From the NCBI GenBank assembly GCA_951406725.2, contig OX597814.1:1178001-1242000 (forward strand): 64,000 nt of DNA, in the 5' to 3' direction. The notes below the pieces were generated by a model, which was not told where the DNA came from, made no database searches, and saw only the letters and a program-made list of their open reading frames with translations. This stretch comes from Octopus vulgaris (lineage: Eukaryota). This document shows positions 41,101-53,532 of the stretch, one piece after another (the first letter of the stretch is position 1; every line of letters starts with the position of its first letter). The position numbers were made by a program, and so were the translations under genes.

Positions 41101-44100
41101 ATTTTGAGTATTTGACTCTGCTGAACAAGATCGCTGGCCGATCCTTCAATGACCTTATGCAATATCCCATCTTCCCATTCATTATCAGAAATTACGAGAA
41201 CGAAGAATTAGATTTGTCTAATCAATCCCTCTACAGGTAAGTACAACTTAGATTACTACTACTACTACTACTACTACTGCTTTTCCTTCATCATCATTAT
41301 TATTATTTGATACCTTATTTTGCTGGGTATGACGGAAAATGTCAGGTGCCCACATCCAGTAGACTAAAGTGACACTTTTTTACAGGTGTAACGGAGAAAG
41401 AAGATTCAAACGATAAGTTGAATAAGCAAAGATTTATTCCTCTCGTTATAAAAATAAGATTGTCAAAAGAGAATAATGGTTATGTGAGTCTGGAACAAGG
41501 ATTGGAATGACTTCAGTTCTGCTGGGTGGCTAATGGTCTGCTGTCCGTTGCGGTAATGATGAAGACAAGAGAAGGCCGGTTGCAGAGAGCTGCGTGACAG
41601 GCTGGATTTCTGGTTCATTGGCGCTGGTCCAAAGAGATGTGGTGTGTGGTCAATGGCTACTGCCAAAGACAAAATGAGGCAGAATGCAAGGGCTTTTATA
41701 ACACTGGGTAGGCTCCAGAGACAAAGTGGTCTTTCCCGCGTTGAAAACAAACTGTTGGTAAACACGTGATTGGCCATTTAGTAATTGGCCAGTTAGTAAC
41801 TGACCAATTCATGCAACTAGTTTGGGAAGCCCCACTGGATCATGTGACTCGATGGAAAGAAAAGGTCTGGTGAGCCCATTCTTCGGTATTTAAGCTTAAA
41901 CAACCAAACATAAAAGTATTAAACACTTCTGCTACACTAGTCGTGCTTCAAGAACCCTGCAAAGAATTCTTGCAGTTCCAAGCAATGCTGATTTTCTTTA
42001 GGTGTCCTACCTTTGCTTTTGTACCAACCCTTTTGAACCATGATGGTAGCTGGGTTATTATTATCATCATCATTGCCTTTGCACAGCTTCTAACGCTGGA
42101 GATGTACTATGGTGTCAGCTGTTCACTACCAGTGAACTAAGGTAACACCTCTCTATTTTTCGAGCAGTTCCAGTTCCAAGCAGTGCTGTTTTCTGCAAGT
42201 GTTCCACTCTTATTACAGCCCCTATTTGTTCCACATACTTCTCGAGATTTTTACTCACTGTTCCCAGGGCTCCAACAATTATTGGTACTACTGCTACCTT
42301 TTTCATCAACCACAAGCTAACCTGTCATATCTATCGACTTTTCTTTCTTCCTTATCGCATACCTTGTTGTCAGCTGGGCATGCTATATCTATGATCCAGC
42401 ATAGTTTGTTTTCTTTCTCAATTAAGACTATGTCTGGCTTCCTATTCTCTATCTCATGGTCGCATTGAATCATAAAATCCCATAGGATCTTTGCATTATT
42501 CATTTTCGACAATGCCTTCAGGTTTGTGGTTGTACCAATTTTTTGCTCTGTCAAGTTCATACTTGTTGCAAAGTGACCAATGGTCAAGCCTGGCTATATT
42601 GTCAAGGCATCTCTTATATTCCTTCTGGGCTAGTGGCGTACATTGGCTGGTAATATGCCCTACGGTTTCACCGTTTTGTCCACAGATTCTGCACTTATTA
42701 TTTTTATTACTACTAGCAGTATTGCCCAGTGTTGCTCGGGTGTGTTTCGACCCTTTAGAATTGGAATTTTTGAAAAGTAACAATTTTGCATTATGTAGCT
42801 TGTTATTCTCTTTAAGTGAACATTTTTCCGGTTGAAATACACCGAAAAATGACGACACAGCAGTCAAAAAATCGTAAAAAATAGGGATTTTCATAGAAAA
42901 AAAAAGCACCTTTTTGATGTAAATAATTTTTGGTGTTAACATGGTCCAATTTTAATTTTTTCTTCTACGGAAGGAAGAGCAAGCTTTCTTCTATCATACT
43001 CTCAATTTTGGTCAACTTGCGCCGCAGGGTCTCGGAGGAGATAGTGTTAGTTGAAGGCTACCAAACCTGCCATACACAGACAACTTCAGCTTTATATAGA
43101 GAGAGATTGTGAGCTGGCAGATTACTGGTGCATTGGACAAAATGTTCAGAGCTGTTTTTCCTGACTCTGAGTTTAGATCCTACCAAGGTCAACTTGGCCC
43201 TTCATCTCCCTGGGGTTGATAAAATAAAATACCAGACAGGTACTGGGGTCAGTAGTATTGACCCTAACCATCCTCCCCTCAAAATTGCTGTCCTTGTGCT
43301 TAAATTAGAAATCATTATTATTATTATTATTATTAATTTTATTTAAAATGGTGAGCTGGCAGAACCTCGTTAGAGCAATGGAAGGAATGCTTTGTGGGTT
43401 TTTGTCCTTGTTCTTTACATTCTGAGTTCAAATCCTTGCAAGGTCAACGTGGCCTTTCATCCCTCTGGGGCTGATAAAACAAAGAACCAGCCAAGCACTG
43501 GAGTCACTGTAATCAAGCAGACTTTCTCCCCTCGAATTTCTAGTCTTGAGGGGAGGGCATTGCAGGATTGGTAATGTATATGTTTAATGACAGTGATGTC
43601 ATGTTGTTTTTAATGATGATGATGATGATGATGATGTTAAGTTTGGTGATAACAGTGCAATGTTTGATGACGGCTGTAATAAATGATGATGAATTGTGTC
43701 TGTGTATGATGGCAACTCCTGTACAATGACAACTGTGTCATATTTAATGACAACATCCTGCCTATATCTTATTATTGAATCAACCAGTTTTTTTCCTAAT
43801 GTCTTCATCCTGCATTTTCCAGAGACTTATCAAAACCCATTGCTGTGCAAGACAAATCTAGGGAAAAGAAATACATTGAAAATTATCAGGTAAATGGCTT
43901 TTGTTTTCACATTTATATGTTTGTTTTACAAGATTCTTAGTTCTATATTTAAGAGATGAGGAATTATGTACATTTGCCAGATATTTGTCCTCATCTTGTT
44001 TGTTGTTAATTTTGAACGTGGGTTCTCATTCCTAAGGTATTTTTTGATGTTATCATCATCATCATCATAATTATTATTATTATTTAGGTCACGGCTTGGA

Positions 44101-44215
44101 ATCTTGGAGTTAGTAGCCCATGCTCTTAACCACTACGCCTGTGGACCCACAGGCATATGGCGTAGTGGTTAAGAGCGTGAGCAACTGACTCCAAGATTGA
44201 TTCCTGGCAGTGACT

Positions 44216-44250
<35 letters not shown>

Positions 44251-47200
44251 CATAATATTAATAATAACATCACAAAATAGCTTAGGAATGAGAATCCAGG
44301 TTCGAAATATCCCCAGGACACCTGATGAAGGCTGGAGGGTATATCAGCCGAAATGTTGTGTTAACAACAAACAAGATGAGGACAAATATCCATCAAATGT
44401 AAATAACGTAAGATTCTTGAGTTGAAATCTTGTGTTGAAATGGATTTTGTTGTATTTAGGGATGGTCATCTTTTGTCAGTTAAACACAAATTAACTTGAT
44501 TTTCACTATATTATTATTATTGAGTGAGAGAGCAGTGCATACCATCAAAGTGACACTGGGGTAAAATATACAAAGCCCAGTATACCCATCATGACTACCT
44601 GTCTGATAAGGGTACACCAGGCACATGCATCACAACCATATGTGCGTGACATGGTGATCTCATATCAAGATAAACAGCACATGACCTTGCAGGTGGGGCC
44701 CAGTTAGAATTTTCTTCTGGTTGAGTAGCCCATCCTGCTCAAAAGGTCCCTGAATAAGGATTGTTTAAGGATGTTGAACGAACCACCCATGTTTCCAAAG
44801 GTGAATTATCCAAACCTCTAAGAATTCCTTTCAACACATGGCTATGATGCTCCCCCACTAATTATTATATATGCTAAAGTGTGATCGCAGCTATGCATGT
44901 CTGGCCCTGTTAAGAATACCCCTGATACATCGGGCAATATGATATGCTTGAGAAGACCTGTTGTGTCAAGTAAAACCAAAATCGTAGCTGTGGCCAGTGC
45001 CCCCTTAACTGGCTCCTGTTCCGGTGGCATGTAAAATGCATCATCCAAATGTAGTTGATGCCAGTGTCGCCTGACTGGCTCCCATGCTGGTGGCATGTAA
45101 AAAGCACCAACTGAACATGGCCGATGCCAGTACCTCCAGACTGACTCCCGTGCCAGTGGCACATAAAAAGCACCCACTACACTCTCGGAGTAGTTGGCAC
45201 AGGGAAGGGCATCTAGCTGTAAAAATCTTGCCAGATCAGACTGGAGCCTGGTACAGCCTTCTGGCTCTCCAGACCTCAGTCAAACCCTCCAACCCATGCC
45301 AGCATAGAAAACAGACTGAGTAAATTCTTACTCTTCCAAAGCTATCAAAAACACCAAACGTTCTCTTAATTATTCTACTTTGTGAATTTCTTATTTTTAC
45401 CCAACACAGACCAGCACTGATTTCTTTGGATTTTACCAATTCCACTTTACAATTCTATGTTTCAGTACTTAAAGCAAGAATATGAGAAATTCCTGTCAAA
45501 GAATGACGAGACTTTCTACCGTGTGGCACCATACCATTATGGTAGCCATTACTCAAACAGTGGAACTGTTCTGCATTTTTTAGTTCGCTTGCCGCCTTTT
45601 ACCAAAATGTTCCTCAACTTCCAAGGTAAGTCTTTGCTCCATCCCAAACGATTTCTTCAGAAGTCTGTGACTTATTCTGGTCTTTGTTTTACAATAAGTT
45701 AAACTCGTTAACTTTGGACTGGAAGAGTTTATTTACATATTCCTGGAGAAGGGATTATCATCATCACCACCACCATCATCATCATCAACACCACCACCAC
45801 CACTACTACCATCATCATTTGTTGAAATCGTTTGACAGGATCTTGCAAGGACAGGAGCTGTATTAAGGCCCCGTTTATTTTGGCATGGTTTCTGTGACTG
45901 GATGCCCTTCCTAATGCCAACCACTTTACAGAGTGTACCTGGGTACTTTTCATGTGGCACCAGCACTGACAGGGTCACCAAGCAACTTGCAAGACAAACC
46001 CCACTCAACTTGAGAGGGGGAGAACAGTATTAAGGGGAGTGGTTTTGTGCCAGTTGAGAGATTTAAGGCACAGAGGGGACAGATATAGGGGTCTTGGTGT
46101 AGAATAGAAACAGGGATGCCCCACTTGGAAAAGAAAGGATTGTGAATAGGAGAGTCAGAACCACTACGCCATATGCCCACGGGCATATGGCATAGTGGTT
46201 AAGAGCGTGGGCTACTAACTCCAAGACTCCGAGTTCGATTCCAGGCAGTGACCTGAATGATAATCATCATCGTCGTTCAATGTCCGCTTTCCATGCTGGC
46301 ATGGGTTGGACAGTTTGACTGAGGATTGGTGAGCCAGAAGGCTGCACCAGGCTCCAATCTGATCTGGCAAAGTTTCTACAGCTGGATGGATGCCCTTCCT
46401 AACGCCAACCACTCTGAGAGTGTAGTAGGTGCTTTTACGTACCACTGGCACATGTGCTGGTAGGGTGACTCTGGCAATGATCACGCTCGAATGGTGCTTT
46501 TTACATGCCACAAGCATGGGAGCCATTCTGTGGCCCTGGCAACGACCAGGCTCAAATGTTGTTTTTCTTGTGCCACTGGCACCGGTATGGCGAGGCCGAC
46601 AACGATCACGCTTGAATTGCCCTTTTAATGTGCTAATAATAATAATCATAATAATAACATCACAAAATAGCTTAGGAATAAGAACCCAGGTTTGAAATTT
46701 CCCCAGGACACCTGATGAAGACTGGAGAGTACATCAGCCGAAATGTTGTGTTAACAACAAACTAGATGGGGACAAATATCCATCAAATGTAAATAAAGTA
46801 AGAACTCTGTTTAATTAATATTATATAAAATATACGGAGTAATTATTGATTAACAATATATTGTTGATGAATGGATGCTGTTGTTTAGCCCTTGGTCAAC
46901 CCTGATCAAGTTGAACTTATGATCAAAGGTATGACAACCCAGTTTTGTTTTGTGATGTCTAAGAGTACATTGTCCAAGGTGCGATTTTGTTTTAAATTTT
47001 GATATTTAGCTGCTATTTTTAGCCATTTGAGTGACTAAAGAAAAATTCTCCCAACTCCACATTAGAGTGAATGAATATTTTGGGTGAATTAGGGGGAATT
47101 GTGGGAAGGTTTTGAAGTTAATTCTGAGCAAATCCATACTTAATCACTTCAGAGCTTTTAGTTTACAAACTTGTAAATCAAATCATTGACTAATGACTGA

Positions 47201-48011
47201 TTGTATCCGTGTAAGATTGATCAAAGAATGTTTATTAATGCCATAACTTTATCTCCTTTACAGATAACCATTTTGATCTGCCTGACCGAACATTTCACAA
47301 CATGGCCGTTACGTGGAAACTATCCAGTTATCAGTCAATAAGTGATGTGAAAGAACTCATTCCTGAGTTTTTCTTCCAACCAGAGATGTTTCTAAACTCA
47401 GAAGGTAGGAAATGTCTGAACAATTGGTCAGTGATATTTTTTTTTTTCAGTCAGAAATAATTTGAAGAAGGTATGATTGCTATTTCTAGCAGGTCAAGAA
47501 ACCATGTAAAACAGAAGTTCTTAACCATATTTTTTGCCTATGGAATCTTTTGCTCCCTATTTTGCCCAGGTGGACCCTCTGTACCTATTCATCATCATCA
47601 TCGTTTAACGTCCGCTTTCCATGCTAGCATGGGTTGGATGATTTGACTGAGGGCTGGCGAACCAGATGGCTGCACCATGCTCCAATCTTGATCTGGCAGA
47701 GTTTCTACAGCTGGATGCCCTTCCTAATGCCAACCACTCCGTGAGTGTACTGGGTGCATTTTAAGTGCCGCCGGCACAAGTGCCAGGCGAAGCTGGCAAT
47801 GGCCACGAATGGTTGGTGTTTTTTACATGCCACCGGCATGGAAGCCAGTCAAGGCAGTGTTGGCATCAGCCACGTTCAGATGGTGCTTTTTACGTGCCAC
47901 CGGCACAGGGATCACAACTACAATTTCCATTGATTTTGATGTTGATGTACTTGACTCAATAGGTCTCCTCAAGCACAGGGTCGAAACGGTGTTTCTGTAT
48001 GTATGTATGCA

Positions 48012-48049
<38 letters not shown>

Positions 48050-51000
48050 TATACATACGTTCCAGTATGTTCCTACTGGTGATTGGAAAGTGTTTTTAAC
48101 AACTCAAACCATGAAATCTATAGATTTGTGTTTTAAAAAATCCTATCATATTTTCATAATTAAATATTATTAGGAATTGTGTAGAGGTAGACCCAGGAAG
48201 ACATGGGATGAGGTGGTGAAGCATGATGCATAATCTTCAAACTTTGGGCCTCACAGAGGCAATGACTGGTGACCGAGACCCTTGGCGATATGCAGTGCTT
48301 GGGAAGCCCTGTCAAGCCAAGGGAAATCATAGTCATGGCTGATGCTGGTATCATGTAACTGGCATGTAAAAAGCCCCTTTTGTGTGTTGGACCTCAGAGA
48401 AGCAAAGTGGCCGATGCCGGTGGTACGTGAAAAGGTCCTTTCAAGTGTTGGGCCTCACGGAGACAATGACAAATGACTGAGACTTTGGCATTATGTTGTG
48501 CTTGGGTAGAAGATCCATCAAGCTAAGTGAAATCGCAGTCGTGGCAGATATTGGTGTCATGCAAATGGCACCTGTGCCAGTGGCATGTAAAAGCACCCAT
48601 TACAGTCTCGGAGTGGTTGGCATTAGGAAGGGTATCCAGCTATGGAAAACCATGCTGAGTCAGACTGGAGTTTGGTGCAGCTTTCCAGCTTTGGTCAAAC
48701 AGTCCAACCCATGCCAGCATGGACAACAGAGATGTTAGATGATAATGATGATGTCTGCAAAAAAAAAAATCTTAATATTTTGTATATTGTAGAAGTACAA
48801 CCAATTTTAATACACATAAATTTTAACAAAATCTCACAAGGACCCTCAAGGGTCGTGTGAACCCCAGTTGAAAACCACTGAGATATTCAGCAACAGTACT
48901 TTGGAGTAAAGATTGTTTGCCAACATAACATGGCAGTCCTGGTTTAGGACGAATGTTGCTGTAATACTATTAAATTGTTTGAAAATCTTTCATCAACTAC
49001 AAAGGTCTCCAGAAGTTGCATCTAACTCCATTCTCAGCTGTGTTGAGTTAAAACGATATCACATCTGGGATAGGTTCCTCATCCTTTCAAAGCTAACTCC
49101 TCTCATATGATTTCATACTTGTCCCACACTACACTAATTAGTGAACAAAACCAAATTGAATTAACACCCACCCTCCCCCACGTTGATATGGTGTGTAATT
49201 ACTGCTGTGTGTTGTTTTAATTGTATTTGGTTTGTGTTAGAAGTTTAATTTTTGGCCCCGAATTTCTTGTTAATAGGATTTGATTTTGGAACGAAACAAA
49301 CTGGTGACCTTGTGTGGGACGTCCAGCTTCCAAGTTGGTGCCAGGGCAACGCACGTTTGTTTGTTTTGATTCATCGACAAGCCTTAGAATCTCCGTATGT
49401 CTCAGAAAATATCCATCGGTGGATTAACTTGGTCTATGGTTACAAACAACAAGGGGATTCCGCTGTCCAAGCCATTAATGTCTTTCACCCAGCTGTGAGT
49501 ATACCGTTTGGTGTTTCTTGACCATTCCACTGCCCATACCATCTTCCACATTCTCTACTCTCCACCCTTAGTTTTCTGTCTGTCCACCTCTGTCCCCAAT
49601 CGTCTCCCTATTCTCATGTTGTTACTTTTTTCCCTTCTTCAACAGACATATTTTGGTGTTGATGTGGACAGCGAGAAGGACCCGGTCCACCGACAAGCCT
49701 TGATAACCATGATCAAAACGTATGGTCAGACCCCGAAACAACTGCTACGGACGCCACACCCTCAACTCCCTCCCTATCTTCTCACACAGATATTTCCTAG
49801 TTTAGCAAATATTGGCAAACCCACAACAACGGTAAGTTCTTTGGTTCCTTGTTTGCTTTTGTTGTTGTGTAACAGCAAGAGGTAACTGTATACGACACGG
49901 TGTGAGTGAGGATTAAGGTACCAAATTGCTGGTTCTGTAGATTTAACCCTTTAGCATTTAAACTGACCATATCTGGCCAAAGCAATCTGCCTTGTTTTAT
50001 GATCTAACCAGCCGGATCCATCCTGTCACACCTACCCTACAATGTCATTCTAAAAATAAACAATTGCATCATTGATATCTCAAAGCAATGAGATAATCTT
50101 TTCTACTCTAAGCACGAGGCCCAAAATTTTAAGGGACAGGGCCAGTGGATTAGATCGACCTCAGTACGCAACTGGTACTTAATTTATCAACCCCGAAAAG
50201 ATGAAAGCAAAGTCAACCTCGGCGGAATTTGAACTCAGAACATAAAGACAGACTAAACACAGAGATGACAAACAGATTAAGTGGATTACATCGACCTCAG
50301 TGTGTAACTGGTACTTAATTTATCGACCCCGAAAGGATGAAAGACAAAGTCAACCTTGGCGGAATTTGAACTCAGAACGTAACCACAGACGAAATACCTA
50401 TTTCTTTACTACCCACAAGGGGCTAAACACAGAGGGGACAAACAAGGACAGACATAGGTATTAGGTCGATTACATCGACCCCAGTACGTAACTGGTACTT
50501 AATTTATCGACCCCGAAAGGATGAAAGGCAAAGTCAACCTTGGCGGAATTTGAACTCAGAACGTAACCACAGACGAAATACCTATTTCTTTACTACCCAC
50601 AAGGGGCTAAACACAGAGGGGACAAACAAGGACAGACAAACGGATTAAGTCAATTACATCGACCCCAGTACGTAACTGGTACTTAATTTATCGACCCCGA
50701 AAGGATGAAAGGCAAAGTCGACCTCGGCGGAATTTGAACTCAGAACGTTAACGACAGACGAAATACCGCTAAGCATTTCGCCTGGCGTGCTAACGTTTCT
50801 GCCAGCTCGCCGCCTTAAAGCTATGAGATAATGCATGATTAATTCAAGACAAAGTGATTAAGTATTACATTTGACAGATTAATCTGAATGCTGAACAGTC
50901 AAGTTCAAATCTTGCTTTAGTTGTTGAAATCATTAAGCAGGCCACATAACAATTGTGTCAGTTTGCCTGGCTGACAACAGGTTCCACTTCTTATTGCCAT

Positions 51001-52831
51001 CAATCACAGACTAACATTGTAACATGATGCTGTTCATATTCAGCCGGGGGAAATATTGCCCTACTTGGAAACAGGTGAAGGTTAGCGACAGGAAAGGCAT
51101 CCTACCATAGAATATCTGCTTCAATGAATTCCATCTGACCCATGCAAACACAGAGAACATCATCATGTAATGTTGGTTTTCCATGCTGGCATGGGTTGGA
51201 CGGTTTGACAGGATCTGATAAGGTCAGGAGCCACATCAGGTTCCATTGTTTGTGTTGGTTTCTACAGCTGGATGCCTGTCCTAACACCAACCACTTTACA
51301 GAATGGGCATGACAAAATAGCACAAATGATGGTAACGTGTATATGTCAAGTGTGTGTATGTATGTTTGCATGTATAGTAAGTATACATATATATATATAT
51401 ATATATAAAAAATTATAAATTAGGGTATCTACGAGATACCACCATGCTGAAAATAGCAGCCATGATCTGACTCTAAAACCACCTTATGTTGTGCTTATAT
51501 ATATATATATGTATTTATGTTTCTCTTCTGTGTGTATTCCACTGACGAGGCAAAGCATTCATAAATGCAAAGTCAGAAATCCAGGATCTAGAATTATCCA
51601 GTAATTTTTTACTAGTTTCATCTTGTCTCTTTGTTTTCTCTCCGTGTTGATATATGGACAATTAAGGTGGTTTTAGAGTCAGATCATGGCTGCTATTTTC
51701 AGCATGGTGGTATCTCGTAAATACCCTAATTTATAATTTTAATAATTATTACCTTTGAAGGCTATTTTTTCCATGCTGACCACTTGTTAAAATCATTATA
51801 TTATTTTTAAATTAACGATCTTATCTTTATTTATATATATGTGTGTGTACCATTGGCGATTTTTTTTTCCTCCGTCTTCCATTCTTTGGATCTTTCCTTT
51901 TCCTATGTTTCCGACGAAGAGCTCTGCTCGAAACGTTAAACCCTCCTTTCCTGAGCATCCAATAACACTATACTTGTTCCTCATCCTCGCGTTGTTGTGT
52001 TTTCTCTTTGTTTTCAGGTTTGGATTAACTATATACATATATATATATATATAGTTAATCCAAACATGAAAGCACAAAAAAGAAATACAACAACGCGAGG
52101 ATGAGGAACAAGTATAGTGTTATTGGATGCTCAGGAAAGGAGGGTTTAACGTTTCAAGCGGAGCTCTTCGTCGGAAACATAGGAGGAAAGATCCAAAGAA
52201 TGGAAGACAGAGGAAAAAAAATCGCCAACGGTACACACGAGGTCACATTTTGAGTGATTGCGTGTGTCACATTTTATACACACACATATATATATATACA
52301 TATATGTGTGTGTGTAAAAGCTATGTAATATTTCTGTGTCGTCTCTGTTGCAGATCTCCAGTTTAAGTTGTGTTAAAGGCTTAAACTGGGGGGACTATGT
52401 CGGTTCCCCAGACTGCCCCCCTCCTGCTGTGATACACCGAAAAGAGACTAGATCTGTTGCTGCTGTTAAACTTATCGCCCTCCAGACGGGAGAGGTGTTT
52501 GGAATCCGAAACGAAAGTTGTCTTCTAACCATGTGTAGCAAAGACCGAGGTAATTAATGGGTTTTTAAAAATTATTTTTATGTTTCAGTTATTGGACTGT
52601 GGCCATGCTGGGGCATCAACTTAAAGGATTTAGTCGAACAAATTGATACTAGTATTTACTTTTTTTTTTAAATCATCATTGTTTAACGTCCGTTTTCCAT
52701 GCTAGCATGGGTTGGACGGTTCGACCGGGGTCTCTGGTACTTATTTTATTGATGTCTTTCACCAAACTGCTAAGTTATGGGGACACAAACAAATACACAC
52801 CAATTGTTGTGTGTTTATGGGGGACAAAGTC

Positions 52832-52863
<32 letters not shown>

Positions 52864-53491
52864 TTGATTTTTGGATTTGGTTTGCAAGATTCTTTATATG
52901 AGTTTGTGTGTTGAAGCATATTTTGTTGTGTCTGGGGAGGGTCATTCTCTTTTAGCCCCTTATAATTACACACACACTGTTTCAGTTTCCACTCATTCAC
53001 TTATTTTTTCTAAAATTTTCATTGCATCTTACAACCTTTTCAATAATCATTGCATCTGTTCATTATCCAAGCTGCGTTCTGTTTGTTTGTTTGTGCACAT
53101 ACACATGTAGGTAGGTGTGTGTATGCATGTATGTCTATGTATACATGTATGTATGTGTGTACGTTTGTATGTATGTATTCTGCATATTCATCTTTGTGTG
53201 TTTTTATGTGTATGTATTTGCATGTGTGTGTGTGTGGGGGGGGGTTGTGACTTTGTACTATCTCTGTACGTATGGCAATACATACAGAGGCAATCAAAAA
53301 ATGCTATGAGATAGCATTTTTTGACTGCCTTGATAACTGACAAAATGCCGGAGCAGATTTCCGCCCCGACATCCGAAACTCGGAGTCTTGTTATGGCAAC
53401 CGAATAATAGTCACATATTATATTTACAGATAAATTCCTCTGTTTACATAATATCAAGGTCTCTTTCTTTCTTTTGTTGTCTTACCATTAC

Positions 53492-53532
<41 letters not shown>

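Noticed and set aside
42496-42942. 148-aa zinc-knuckle protein
   Set aside because: Chance fusion of Helitron non-coding sequence with a frameshifted R4/Dong fragment.
52870-53050. Possible Penelope terminus with a - strand hammerhead relic
   Set aside because: The core reads TTGAAAA and stem I is absent; not supportable.
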